Part shown: positions 26,500 through 40,721 of the stretch, in pieces | Numbering within the stretch: position 1 is the first letter of the stretch | Layout: every line of letters begins with the position of its first letter | From: Chrysomallon squamiferum | Taxonomy: Eukaryota > Animalia > Mollusca | NCBI GenBank assembly: GCA_012295275.1 | Contig: CM022671.1 | Span: forward strand, 8,804,001-8,868,000 | DNA length: 64,000 bases | Direction of reading: 5' to 3' | Translations under genes and position numbers: made by a program | The notes under the pieces: model-generated | Seen by the model: the letters and a program-made list of their open reading frames with translations, nothing else | What the model was told of the DNA's origin: nothing | Databases searched by the model: none

Positions 26500-27400
26500 C
26501 ATTAAAAAAACACAACTACAGAAATGCATTATGACAGATATGATTAAAAAAAACAAATTAAGAAAAAAAAAAAAAAAAATGGTTCTAATTCATTTTGATG
26601 GTAAATACATCATTTTTTAAAATTTTGCTACATTGTTACAGATGTTAAATAATAATGAAAAAAGAGGCTTTTATTAAAAAAGATGTTTTTCTTGATTAAT
26701 GTAGATAAACCTTCATTTACAATACATAAACCTGAAAAAAAAGATGAAAAAGAAAAATAATTATGTTTTTAAAAAGTTTCTGTTATAAAATATTTGAAAC
26801 TCAAAAATAAATAAAACATAAAGAAATCTGGAAAACTCTTCTGTTAAAAATATACTGGCTTAAAAAACAATTGCTAAAAAGAAACAAGGTGAAAAAACAA
26901 AATTAAACTTTCTAAAATAAAATTAAATCAGTATGAAAAAGTTATGAAATCAAGAAAGAAAAAAGTGTTTTTATTCAAATTATAAAAGGTAATTAATAAA
27001 TGACCAAAAAAAAAAAAAAAAAGTATTAAAAAATACCAACTTAAAAACCCCCACAAAAAACAACAACAAAACAATTAAAATGAAAAACAACCAAAAAGGA
27101 AATTAGTAAAATAAAAGGAGGAAAGAAAAGAAACAAAACAAGAACTTATTAAATATTTTAGAAACAAGCCCAAAAATTCTAAAAAATAACCATGCTAAAA
27201 AATATTTAAAAAAAAAAAATAAAGCAACAATCGAAAAACACTTCTATTTAAAATATGCCAACATAACCCCCCCCCAAAACCTACCAAAACAAAGAATATG
27301 GGAGAAAAAGAATAAAAAAAAAAAAAAAAAAAAAGACAAGAAAGAAAAGCCACACAAAATTGCCCATCTGTATTAGAAACACATCTTGATAACAAAAACA
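26500..27400. repeat. Long A-rich low-complexity tract
   Basis: Strong A over T skew with many poly-A runs. Confidence 0.8.
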
Positions 27401-28419
27401 ACAGTCAACACTTCAGAGTTGCTGAAACGTCTTTGATTAGCAGAGATGTGGTGTAAATGACTATAATTTCAGCACGAGAATCCGTGGCGGGTTCTATCCC
27501 ATACATTGATTTCTCTGCACTTGCTCCTGTTTCTGCATCGTTTTACTTAATGAACTTCTTGGATAGCACAACTTAAGACTGCTGGAATTAAAGTCTGATT
27601 TTACTTGTGCTTTTCAAATCATTATTGAATCATGAACCAGCAAACCTGCGATTTCTTCTTATTGTGAACACTGATAAAACAATTTATTTGTCTGTGAAGA
27701 CTGTTATTTGTGTTTTATTGTTGCTTCAGTTTTCATCATAATGGAAGTGAATTGTAAATACTTTTCTTCAGTCTGTTATTTTATTTTATATAAAATGGTC
27801 ATCAAGTAAAACGGCTCTGTTGAAATATACTTTAATGTGCTAGTACCACTGAATAATTTAATGCATTTTTAAATGCATTTTCAATCAATATTTTACTTTT
27901 ATCAAGTATCCAGCCTTTGTTATTATAATTATTTATATGAACAAAAATAATTTGTAAATTTCCTCATGTGTAGTTTATTATAAAAATATGAAAACATCCC
28001 AGACAAATATATTTTTATTACTATGTGAATCACGGCAGAAACAAACAAACAGCACCTTTTAAGAAAAATCTTGACCAGAATCTCTTGGGCTTAATTCAGC
28101 ACCTAGAAACTTTATTATTAACAAACTTTAGAAAACAAATGCAAATAAAATAATGAATGTGAATATATCAAGAATATGTTGTGACTGTGTTATTTGAATT
28201 GCAAGTCACTCAGAAGAAAACAGTTTAATATTTTTTACTGAGTCATCCTGACTTCCATAAAGACAATATGTTTTATGAACTGCTTCTGTTTTTTAGAAAT
28301 AATGTTCTCAGTAAAGGCTGCCATTCTCTTAAATATTGAATGATTTCTTTTTTCAAGCACTAAATATTTCAAACAATGACAGTAACCTTTTTTCTAATTT
28401 TTAAATTTGTTTCTTGCTA

Positions 28420-28462
<43 letters not shown>

Positions 28463-30945
28463 ATATATATATATATAAGGAAGATATATAATATAAGAAG
28501 AATAATATATATATATATTATTCTTCTTTCTTGCTCTTCCCCACTATGTTATGTTAGGGTTCTGAATTCTTGGCCAGAATTTTTAAATGTAGTCTATGTA
28601 TATTTATTTAGATAGACAGACAGACAGACAGACAGATATATAGATTCATTCATACACACAGACACACACACAGTAATAGTTTCCACCTGTGACTCACTAA
28701 CAACTGTCATAATGAATAAGTAACACACACAGTGTTTATTTATAATCTAGTAATAGTCATTTTTAAAACATACTTAATTTCTATAATGGTTTTCACTCAA
28801 GCATGGTCACATATATTTTTAATGCCTCCATTATGGAATTACCTGCAGGATACAGAACTATATGAGACGACAGAAGCATGCACAACATAAAACAAAATAA
28901 AATAAAATAAAAGTTAAAAATATTTTAGAAAATGGGTTAAATTTCCCAAGAGACAGATGGTTTCAAGTAATGCAATTTATTTATTACGGTTTGGAAATAT
29001 GTCTTCTGACAAGGTGAGTCTTATGTTGGCATTGTATCCATTAGATATGAGTAATATTTATGGTATGTAATAAAATATTTATTTCTTATCTTCAGACTGT
29101 GACTGTGTGTATTATTTGTATCTGTGCAATTCCAGACTCACAGTGATAAAAAGATGAAGATAGGAGATGATAGTGTGAATATTCATGTATAACCCAGACA
29201 TTTAATCCAAGATCCAGATATCATTAATACAAATTTTCACAGATATGAAATGGAATAGATATTAAAGTAATTTTGGTAGAATATATAACCATCTTTTAAT
29301 AACACATATATATACACACATGAATGATATTATATCTGTTTTTAACTGTGTTAGTTATGTACCAGCAATGTAATATGAATAATGTATTTACACATATAAA
29401 GAAAACAGCATATATTTCAGTGATAACCAGAATCAATGTTCTATCCGACAGATCATAATTGACTATAATCACTGCAGTGTTAACAGATTAATTTGAACAG
29501 ACGACAGATTTTCCTCAAATCTCACAATACTCCATTCTTAAAATGGCTGACAGAATTCAGAAGCATTACATTAACCGTAAATACTGATTTATTTTGAAGA
29601 ACCCATCAAATTATTTCTATTTCCAGCTACTGCTAAAACTTTTTTAAATTGTTCTTTCTGTCAGTGAAAAGCATCTTAAAAGGATCTCTTATACTTCTGC
29701 TGATGTTTGATCCCAGGATCTTCCAGCTCAAAGTCAATTGTGTGACCAGTATAAGTTACAGCCTTTTGTTTTTGTATTAAATTTTAATCTGTACTAGACT
29801 GAACAGTGCTATTTATGAACAAAATGTTTAACTTATATTCTACATCAAGCAGTTCTATTTTTAATTTTATTATTCCCAGATAATTTCAAATAAAAATCCA
29901 TTGACTCAAATGTCAAGTTTCTGTGTTTTTTTTGTTGTTTCTTCTGTTTCAAGATTTGTTCTCTATACTTTTTAAATAAGAAATTTCATTTTGCTATACC
30001 TAAAACATAGAAAGACTTTAGAATATATTTTTATCATATTTAATGTTTACAAAACTGTTCTTTCTGAGCATCAAGCACTTCAAAGGGTCAATATATCAGT
30101 ATTCTTTTTTTAATAAGTTAGGAAAATAAATGTCATTTTATCTGTACCAGTAAATTTTTATTATAGAAGTTTGACTTTATTTCTCCAAGTTTAGATTTTT
30201 GCCTGCTTTCTGTGACTCTGATCCTGTGTAACAAATTTAAGTCTTTTCTCTTTGCCAAGAACCCAAGAAGGACAGCATAACCCTCTTTCTTGAAACAACT
30301 TCAGAAGTCTGTCTCTTTAATAATTCAGTGATTATATCTTGGTGAATTTTCATTGTAATAGTCTAGACAATTAATGTGTAAGATTAAATTAATCTTTATC
30401 TCCATGGCTATCTTAATTCATAAAATTATCATTATTCATACTTCTTCCAGCAAATTTCATTCCCCATCATATCATACATCTAGTCATTGTGGATTACCAG
30501 ATACTATAATTTGTCTCAGGACAATCAGATGATGCATATTAACTGTAAGATTTGTCATAAAGCACTTATTACTATTTCATGATAACTGCAAATATTATAT
30601 TACAGCTTAGGTAGTTTTAATGTCAAGTGACTGGAAACTGAGCTTGGTGAAAACTGGAATCAAATCCACTTTCAGTTTCTCTTCCAGTATGAATGTTTAA
30701 TGATTCAATTTTGTAGTAATGGTTTTAAAGAAATCAGAAATGTAATGATAAAATTATGAAAGATGAAAAGTCCACAGTCACCAAAGTGTGGAAAGTGTTG
30801 AAATAATGTAAATGTGGATGTGAAATGACATCACAGATTTGGAGTATTCAAAGTAGGGGCAAGACTGGAATGGGAAATCACATTGCTACAGTCAGATGGA
30901 CACTCTGAGAGATATTTCTTGCATCAGTGAGCTAAAATTTTGGAT

Positions 30946-30948
<3 letters not shown>

Positions 30949-30998
<50 letters not shown>
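30949..30998. repeat. (CA)n microsatellite
   Basis: Direct reading. Confidence 0.95.
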
Positions 30999-31003
<5 letters not shown>

Positions 31004-33989
31004 ACACATACATAAACTATACGAACAGCTTTAGATTAATTTAAATCATACAATTTTGTGGCTGATATTGTTTACCAAATATTATTAAAAATAAAGATTT
31101 TGGCTGTATTAAATTTATTAGAGCCTAAAAAGCAATGTCTGTGTGTCCAAGGTTACATTCCTCCCTTTGTGATTTCTTCAGTTCCTTTCTCATTTTGATT
31201 TATCATCATTTTCAGCATTATGCTTTTATGGCTGCAATTATAGAAACAATTTATGAAATCAAATTACTTTATTAATTGCAATAAAATGAAAAAATTAAAT
31301 CTTATTTCAGTTATCACAAAACTTCTGTTTGATTTATTTTCTAGTTTGAATTCAACCTGAATTCCTCCCTTGACTAAAACTCCTCCTCTTAGAGTTGAAA
31401 TTCTTCCCCTGGGTGCCAAGCGCCTCCCATTTGAGAACTGCAGCTATGAAATATTTTAAACAACAAATGCTATAGATGTATAATATGTATATTAGTCATG
31501 TGTTACATACACTTACAGATTAGTTCAATTATGCCACTTTTAATCATCCACACAATATATTTCTTTTGTTACGTATCTGATTAATTTCAGCACATACAGC
31601 AAGATCTATAAGCAATCAGTAAATATCTTTTAATGCCTACAAACTATTCTGCATTGCAAATCCTATAGAGTGAAATTTTCTGATAAGTCATTTGATGCAA
31701 GGTGGAGTGCTATGAATTCAGTGACATTTCCAAGTATCAGATAACAAATTAATAACACCCAAAAGCTTCTCCACTATAATAATCACCTGATCATGGGGCT
31801 GAGTTCTGATCACAATCAACGCGATGACGTACAACTGATGTCTGAGAAGTGAAATTAATTTAATCCTCATCGTACTTTCGGAATTAGATGAATTTGTAAT
31901 GTGTACTGTGAGAATGTATATTAAAATATTCATGAATTCTTGATGTTAAACTTAGATAACTTTACACATGAAAGACTTCAGTTCAAGCACTAATCCAGTT
32001 ATCTGATTTGGATTTGTTGTACATATATCAAGTCCAAAAAAAAAAAAAAAAGTTAACACCTATCTTTAGCGATAAAAAGAACTAGTTTAAGTATATTCTA
32101 CGTACTTCCTACTTGTGATTTATTGGCTTATTTTTGCCATCCTGTCTTAATCAATAAAGAAACTAACAGCAAAAGAGTAGTTTAAAACTGCTGTGGATTC
32201 ATAATTTTATATACATTTTTTATTGCTTTGTTATCTTATTTAGATGTCTTATATATTGTGAAATTCTTTAAAAAAAAAAAAATAATAATAAAATTAAAAA
32301 ATAAATTAATTCTGGAATCCAGTCTGATTTATTCCATAAAAAAATAATTCAGGTTTTGATAAAGTTTAAGAGTTTAAAAAGGTAAATCAGTATTCAGGTC
32401 ATAAATCCACAGTTTGGTGAAAGTGGAAAAAAATTCATACTTTAATGGCAAGGATTAATGAAAATTTCAGTAAAGTATGTATTCAGATATTACAAATTCC
32501 AGTCTTCAACTACAGTATCTCTTGATTTAATTAAAATCTGGAAAAAATAAATATATGTTTTCATTAATATTGTTCTTGTACTCAGTGACCTGTCTTGGTG
32601 ACATTTACCATATCTGCCCAGGACAGATGTGCTTGAATCCTCATTGTAAGTAAGGTCATACCTAACAGTTGATCGTTTTTAACAATCTTCAACAAAAAAA
32701 AAAAAATAATAAATAATCATAATAAATTTAAAAAATTTAAAAAAATTATTCTAGGAGATCATCCTAGGAGATCATCCTAACTCCCAAAAGTGTCTTGTAC
32801 TTACTGATATTTCAAAAACAATAAAATAAAATAAATATATAAAATTAAAAAATGTAAATGTGTAACATAAATAAATAAATAAAATTAATAATGTAATAAT
32901 ACTAGCTAGCTCATATCAAAATGAATACTCAAGCAATCCCAGTTTTTCTCTACCTTGTATAATTGTTCATTACTACACCTGGCTTTTTGTAAACATTTTA
33001 TTTATCTAGAAACAATTTATCACTCAATATAAGTACAAGAAATCTCTGTCAGTCATAAAAAGTGATTATGGGCAATTTACTGATAATGAAATTTCATTTA
33101 GAAACTTGTATAAAACGTATAATGAGCTGTTTGTAAATAATAACTAAATACATTGATTTGAATTGGCTGCACGTGTGTAAACAGTGATATCAGTTGTAAC
33201 TGTGGATGGATTAGAGGTTGTATCTCTTTCTCTCTCTCCATCACTTTATCTATTGCTTTGTATCTTTTTGTCTCTCTATCTATAATTTTTGGTCTCTATC
33301 TGTGTCTCTGTATCTTCATCTCTTTTTCTGTCTGTTTCTTTATCTCTTTCAGTCTCTGTGTGGCTCTTTTTTGTATCTCTCTCTCTATATATAAACATAT
33401 ATATATATGTGTGTGTGTATATATATATATAGTCAGTAATGTATTCTGTATATAATATATTGAATATTTATCTTATTTTATTTTATTTCATTTTCATTAT
33501 TATTTTTTTTTTATCTTTATCTCTCTCTCTCAATCTCTGTCTCTCTATTGTCTCTATATCTGTGTCTATGTTTTTATCTCTCTCTTTCACTGTCTGTCTC
33601 TGTCTCTTTATCACTGAATATGTTTCCTTTAATTGGTCTCATTTTCTGTTTTATTTTTCATGTCATTATCAAAAACAGTCAAAATGAATAAAATCTGCTT
33701 ATCTAGTATTTGACAGAAAGATCAATGTTTATTGCTGTAATCATATTATTCGGGTTTCACTCAGTGACAAGGTAATTTTTTACATCTAATGCTGATTACA
33801 TAAAAATACAGATTATTTTTCAGTAGTTTTGAGTTCTGAACAAATTATTTATCAAGTGTCAAATGATGTGACTTTCATTGATTTAACATATATTATGTAA
33901 GTGTGCTAGTTTTAAAAATGTATATCATAAATGCATGTATCCCTTCAAAAACAAAATATGTTTTTAAATTCATTATGCACATAGAACAC

Positions 33990-34440
33990 ATTTGACAAAT
34001 TTTTACAGAAATTCAAATGTCCCTATGAAATCATAATGCAAATTTATAAATACATTAAGTGCTTAGTACAAATTTTATGAATGTTGACTGAAAATATTTA
34101 AATGTATATAAAATTATTATAGAGTACAAGTTTTATAAATGTTTATTTTAACGAAATCTATAATCCTATAAAATCACTGTTAATTGTATAAATATTTATT
34201 TAAATAATCTATATCTCTATAAAATTATAATGTAAATAATACCAGTTTTAATAAATGTTTATTTAAAAAACCTATTAAAAAATTAAATGTAAATGGTTTA
34301 TATGTGTATTTTAAAAAATCTATAATCCTATAAAATCATTGCAAATGGTATAAATATTTATTCTAAAAATCTATATCTCTATAAAATTATAATGTACACA
34401 GTACAAATTTTATAAATGTTTATTTAATAAACATTTAACG
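33990..34440. repeat. Diverged AT-rich tandem repeat, about 55-60 bp
   Basis: aatctata..c.ctataaaat...ataaat.tttatt recurs. Confidence 0.75.
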
Positions 34441-37400
34441 GCATAAAATCGAAATGCTCACCTATAAGAGGTATGATTTGTTTTATTATATATATATACT
34501 GACTAGTCTTTTACTCTGAGATTTCCTGCTTAGAATACTGTTCAGTTTGTTGTTCATCATCATTATCATTGATTTTTCTTTTTGGACTGTTATTTTTTTT
34601 CAGTTTATTCCTGTCTTTTGTTTAAAGGCTGCCATCATCTTTTATCCACATTGAATACAATACTTGGTAAATAAAGGTATTATTTCTGTAAGCATTTGTT
34701 TTGACATGCTGTTGCTGTATGTGTTTGCCATATCTGCCTTCACGGATCAATGGAAATAGATTGATTCATTGATTTAGTGTTCCAGACAAATGTAGTTTTG
34801 TGTATGAAACTGTCATCGCATAGCTATTTGTAATCACAGCAGATGCTTCATTTGTTTTTGGTTTTTTGTTGAAAATATTTTGGAAATAGTCCTGAAGAGA
34901 GACACATATTTTCAATGAAATGGCCTTAAAAATAATAAAAGTAAAAATAAATATATAAATACATATCTTCTTCACTGAGAAACCTAAATAAATTTAAATA
35001 TTCTGTATGGAGGCCTGTTTAATGATATATTTCTACACATGGAGGCCTGTATAAACTTACATGTCTACATGGATAATCTGTTGCACAGTGAGATGCATGT
35101 ATGAAAATATGCCTTTAGGTCTTTATATTTAACTTTTCAGTAAATGGTCATTTCATTATGTTAACTGCAGTGGCATTGAAACAAGAACCAAAACTGTGAA
35201 ATATGTGCCTTTAATACTCTGAAACTGCACATTTAGTTTGTAAACCATGAAGCAAATTTAACATGACCACATGTAGAATTAATGAAATCTTTTATTAAAC
35301 AAGTTAAATATATTCACACTGAATGTATATACACCATAACACTATTGTAACCAAATGTAACTTGCAGATTTACAGTGTATCAGTGGTGCTGATAAATTAG
35401 ATTTTTTATTTGTTTATGGTATCAGCTGAATATACTGACTGATGTCTTATTAGACATTATTTTTGAAAAGGTGGAAATTTTCATAAAACTCTTATTAAAT
35501 TCCCAATGGAATCTTCTCTTTTTCACAAGTATCGTATTTTAATATGTAATTTAATTGTCTTTCTACAAGAAATATTTAAATTGTCATTATATATTCTCTC
35601 GAGTTCTGTATAGCCAATCAGTTCAAGAAACGACAATATAAATAATTCTCAAGTGTGTGTGTGTTTCTATCTATATTTTGTGCTTTATTTTTTGCTTTTG
35701 TTATACATGACTTTTTTTGGTGTCTTTGACCTTTTAATTTTTATTGAATTTTTTTCTTTCTATGCAAGTTCATAATTTTAATTATTTTTCTTCCTATTGA
35801 TAAGAAGAAAGGACCCAAATTTGAATTTTTTCAGACAAATAATAAATATTTAAACTTTATTGTAGTTGTGTTTACCTTATATATATATATTAAGCATAAT
35901 TTTAATTTTTTTAATTTTAACTTCTGAGTTTGTTGCAGCAAATCGTTTGTGACACAACCTCTGAATTTGAACTGATATCAAATAAAAAATAAAAATCTGT
36001 TATGTGGCCTTCAGATCAAAACTACTTCGTTTACAAAACAACAAGTTTAACACATACAAGTGAAGTGTTTGCATCGTCATGCTTCTGTTTTTACATTTTT
36101 CAACAATGGTTATTACTTTGACAATATATTTTCTGATGATTTTGTAACAAATTATTTCAAATCACTGGTTTGCTATCAAAATAAGCGATGCATGTAAAAT
36201 TAACTCAATGACTTTTTATATTATATTTTGATAAAGAAGCGAATTATTCGTAGGATAGAAAAAAAAAGTCATGTTTTTTGTTTTATACTGAAATTTTGTT
36301 TTCAAAATTTTGCAATTAGTTTGATTAAACCTTGAATTATTATTGTTATGTCAAATTTGTACAAACTTGCTGCCTCCAGTAATATTTTTTTTTTAAATGT
36401 CATGTCTGGTGACAACAACAGTCTACTCGAACAAGCTAATAAAAAAAAAAAAAAAATATTCGTTCATAACGTCAGAACATTTTTTTAAAAAACAAGTCTC
36501 TCTTTTTTAATGATTATTATTTTATTTTTCTGAAATACTCTACTGGGGCTATGGCTGTTTTTCAATAAATAACTATTTTAGCACCATCATAACCTTCAGG
36601 AACACGAAAATATCTTTTTATGTAATGTGTTATGAATCTAGAGACTTGAGGCAAAATCCCTCGGAGAGCCACTGAAATGGAAGAAGTTAGGATCAGAAGA
36701 AGGCGACGCTCGCCCAGCTGTAAGCAGAGATGAATTGTTGGCATGGACCAACCAAGGCTGTTGATGCTTTTTTCTCACCCTTCATTTCGCCACTCTAAGT
36801 GTTAAGTAGTTTGTGTGTGAGCAGTTTTCTCTGTTATTACTGTCGTATTGTGATCAAGTAGCCACATCAAACACATTCCACTGAAAAAAACTGCCTTTTA
36901 CTCATTTTTTTTTTCAACAAAGCCATTGAACTTCTGAGTTGTTTTTGTTTTTTGTTTGTATATGTTTTGGTCATTTGGTCATTGTCTAATGTTGTGTGAT
37001 ATTTTCTTTTTATATGGATATCATTTCTAAAAAATCTTTGTCAAAATGTTTTTTGAATTTTTGAGTTTTCATTTCTGTTTGTAGTATTTCTCAGGCTCCA
37101 TTTTTATTTGATTTTTTTTTTTTTTTTTTTTTTTAAAAAGCTTCAATAGATAATCATTGAACTTTTTATTGTTTTTCATTATTATTATTAATTTCTTTTT
37201 TTCTCTATAAAAGAATTTTGTTTTAAATTATTATATTACTATTTTCACCAGAAGGTTTTTCTTAAGACTATTTACCATTTTATTTTTAAAAAATTTCTGT
37301 AATTATTAAAACATGTTTTTTCAAGTAGTCTCGTCTATAACTTCTATTTTAACTGCCACTGAGCTAGATTATTTTCTTCTAAATGTATCTTTCTCACCAA

Positions 37401-37449
37401 CAGTAGCTTTATCTTTCTCTTAACATAATCTTCTACTTTAATAATACCA

Positions 37450-37585
37450 TCTTCTTCTTCTTCTTCTTCTTCTTCTTATTATTATTATCACTATCATCAT
37501 CATCATCATTATTATTATCATTATTATCATTATCATTATCATCATACTCATCATCATCATCATTATCATTATTTGTCATTATTAA
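37450..37585. repeat. Compound (CTT)/(ATT)/(CAT)n
   Basis: Direct reading. Confidence 0.9.
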
Positions 37586-38054
37586 TAGCAGTGTACATTC
37601 CAGGCATAACCAAGCACATTCTCAGTTATTCATCATAAGAAATCTTGCCATGGTTCATGTCCAGGCTAAATGGCTTATAGCAATGTTTGTGTATCTGCTG
37701 CTTGACATGCATGTGGAATGGTCTTCAAATCATTATGGAAATTTTGTCAATCTCCTCATAATGCTGTTGGCATAACAAATACAGCTGTACTGTCTAGCCA
37801 CCCTTATCCTTTAACCCCCCTCCAGCAAGCCATACTTATTCCATTATGAATATTCAGAAGACTGGTTGGAGACGAACGATGCTGTCAAATCTAAATAGCT
37901 TTTTATCATACATTGTAATCAGAACTGTCAGATGCTTGTTCTAAGCTGAGTTATATACTCATACTACAAATGATGTTGGGGAGGGGAAAAGTTGAAGAAG
38001 AAAACTAAAGGTTTAAAAAAAAAAAGGACTAATAAATTGTTAAAAATTGATCTT

Positions 38055-38705
38055 TCCTTTTCTACTGAGACAAATGGTTTGATGTCTTCTGTCTTTGTAA
38101 TCACTGCCCCTGAAGGTAATAATTGTCTGTTTTGAAAAAGGGAAGATTTAAAAATTGACAAATTATGATGCATGGTCCTGAAGCTAACGACTATCTGTTC
38201 TGACAAAAAATAACAAAAAATTATATTTTTTATAATATGTTTCTGCTGGGACAGCTGATTTGATGCCTTCAGTCTTTATAATGCGTAGTCTGAAAGTATT
38301 ATCTGTCCTATTCAAAAACCTTCAAGCTACACAAACAGACATACATTAATAAATTGTTTGATTTTCATATTATTTTTCTACTGGGATATCTGGTTTGATG
38401 CCCTCTGTCCTTATAATGCTTAGTTCTGAAGTGATTAACTGTCCAACTGAAAGGTTTTAAAACAGGCAAACAATAATATATTGTTTGGTTCATGATATTA
38501 TTTTTCTACTGGGATATCTGGTTTGATGCCCTCTGTCCTTACAAATGCATAGCTCTGAAAATATCTATCCAATTTAAAAAATATGTAAAGGTTTAAAAAC
38601 AGGCATGTGATAGTAAATTGTTTCTGATATTAATTTTCTGCTTGTGTGTCTTGTTTGTTGCTCTCAATTGTCATAATGCATGGTACTGGAGGTAATGGCT
38701 ATCCG
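38055..38705. repeat. Diverged tandem repeat, about 130 bp x 5
   Basis: tttttctactgggatatctggtttgatgccctctgtcctta exact at about 38373 and 38501; diverged at about 38059, 38240 and 38635. Confidence 0.85.
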
Positions 38706-38944
38706 TTTTATTTGATTAATCTGATTGTTCCAGCTTTGTTTTGTCCTCATTTGTGTGTCCAGTGTGGCAGAATTGTCCAGCTAGGAACAGAGATTTCTGT
38801 AGAATCAATAAGATAAATAAAACTGTTATTTGACATATTAGATTAGCAAGTCTTGTGTTAGTCAGTATGTGGTAAATTATATGTCTGTGGATTTACTATA
38901 ATCTTTATTACATGCCAGTTGATCATTATCATAGATTTCAGTAA

Positions 38945-39665
38945 TATGACAGTGGATTTGATCAGTTTCTTTCAGATATTTTCAGATGCGACAACTAAGT
39001 ATGTTTTTGATAACTAGACTATGAATATTTCATAAGGTAGCTATTGATAAGGCATGTGGATCTGACAGTGAATTTGAAGAAATGACAGTGTTTATATCAG
39101 TGTGTAATTAACAACACAGCCAAGTGCTTTTAACAACCATCTGTTTGACAACCAAACTGTAGAAGAAGCCAAAGATATTTTTTTAATCTCCATAGGATTT
39201 AAAGATATGGCTCTTATATACTTCAGTCAGTCATACGGCTACTTATATGTCAGCTTGTAATTAATAATAAAATGACAGCAGCCTAAGAATATTTCAGAAT
39301 GAAGCCATTGATATTTCTTTAATATCCAATGAATTTTAAGACATGGCTATGTATACATCATCTTGTAATTAATAATATTTCAGATTGTACTCAATTAAAA
39401 AAAAACATGCATTTGACAATCAGACAAAAGAATATTTCAGAAAAAAATTCAGTTATATATTTCTTAGAGTTGACAATGAATTTGAAGACATATTTGTGTA
39501 TATTTTTTCTTGTAATTATTAATGTGGCTACATATATGTCAGCTTGTACTTAATAATGTAATTAATATATATCTGACAAACCAGATTATGAATATTTCAG
39601 AAAAACATCATTTATATTTCTTTAATCTCCAATAAATTTGAAGATGTGGTTCTATATATTTCTGC
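38945..39665. repeat. Diverged tandem repeat, about 120-150 bp
   Basis: gaatatttcaga...tatttctttaat.tcca.t.aatttgaagacatggct recurs. Confidence 0.75.
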
Positions 39666-39849
39666 TTGATTTTTCCTGACTGTATTTAACTATGAATATT
39701 CCATTCTCTTGTTACTTTAATGTCATTAATTTCATTTGATAAAATGGCTAATTATTTGATTTCTATGTAAATAATAATAAATCCAGGTATCCATTGTAAC
39801 TTTATATATGATGACCAAGATACACTTTTTTTCAGAGATAAAAGACCGA

Positions 39850-40075
39850 TAGTTAATTTGAATCTATGTATCTATCAATCGATCTATCTATTTGAATAGG
39901 TGTGTGTTTGTGTCAGACAATTAATTTGAATAACTGTATGTATGACAGTTAATTGGAATAGCTATATATCACAGTTAATTAGAATAACTGTATGTCTACA
40001 TCAGTACGTGTAAGTTATAACAATCAATCTGAATAGCTGGTTGAATGTATTACAGTTTATTTGAATAGCTTGTTT
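39850..40075. repeat. Diverged short repeat (AGTTAATTTGAATAGCT)
   Basis: About six units. Confidence 0.7.
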
Positions 40076-40684
40076 TTAATGTGTGTGATTCTGAACTTAA
40101 TATCGGGGAATACATAATGGGTACCTGCAAAATAATGATGATACCAAAGATCTGAAAAGATGGCTTTAACAAATTAGCTCTTTGTCATTAAAAAAAAGAT
40201 CGTTTTAAAAATGATTCTGAATCTGATACACATGGACTGTCATGAAGTGATGTTTTCTTCAAGACCAGTGTGACTGTATGATTTGAAGACATATTTACAT
40301 GGTTGTCAGAACCCATTGCTGTGAAGAACTGTCCAGAGCTTATACTCCAGAAGTGTGACTTTGAGGGCTTCAGCATTAACTACTGAGTATGGTTATGTGT
40401 AATGTTTAATACACTGCATCAGAAAACTGATCAAGTATGCCTATCATGGGTATAATTTCTGACAGTACCAGATGAAAATACAATGGTGATTGTAACATGA
40501 CTACATACTTTTAAGTTAGGCTTGGAAAAGAATTAAGATCTTGTAAATTTCACAACAGCAGGTTGTTTGAATTACTATTATTACTATTACTGTTGTTGTT
40601 GTTGTTGTTGAGAATGTTTATCAAGAATGTTTATCTACATGTATTGTCTTTAAAAACCAAACAATCAGCAGATGTAATGATATA

Positions 40685-40721
<37 letters not shown>

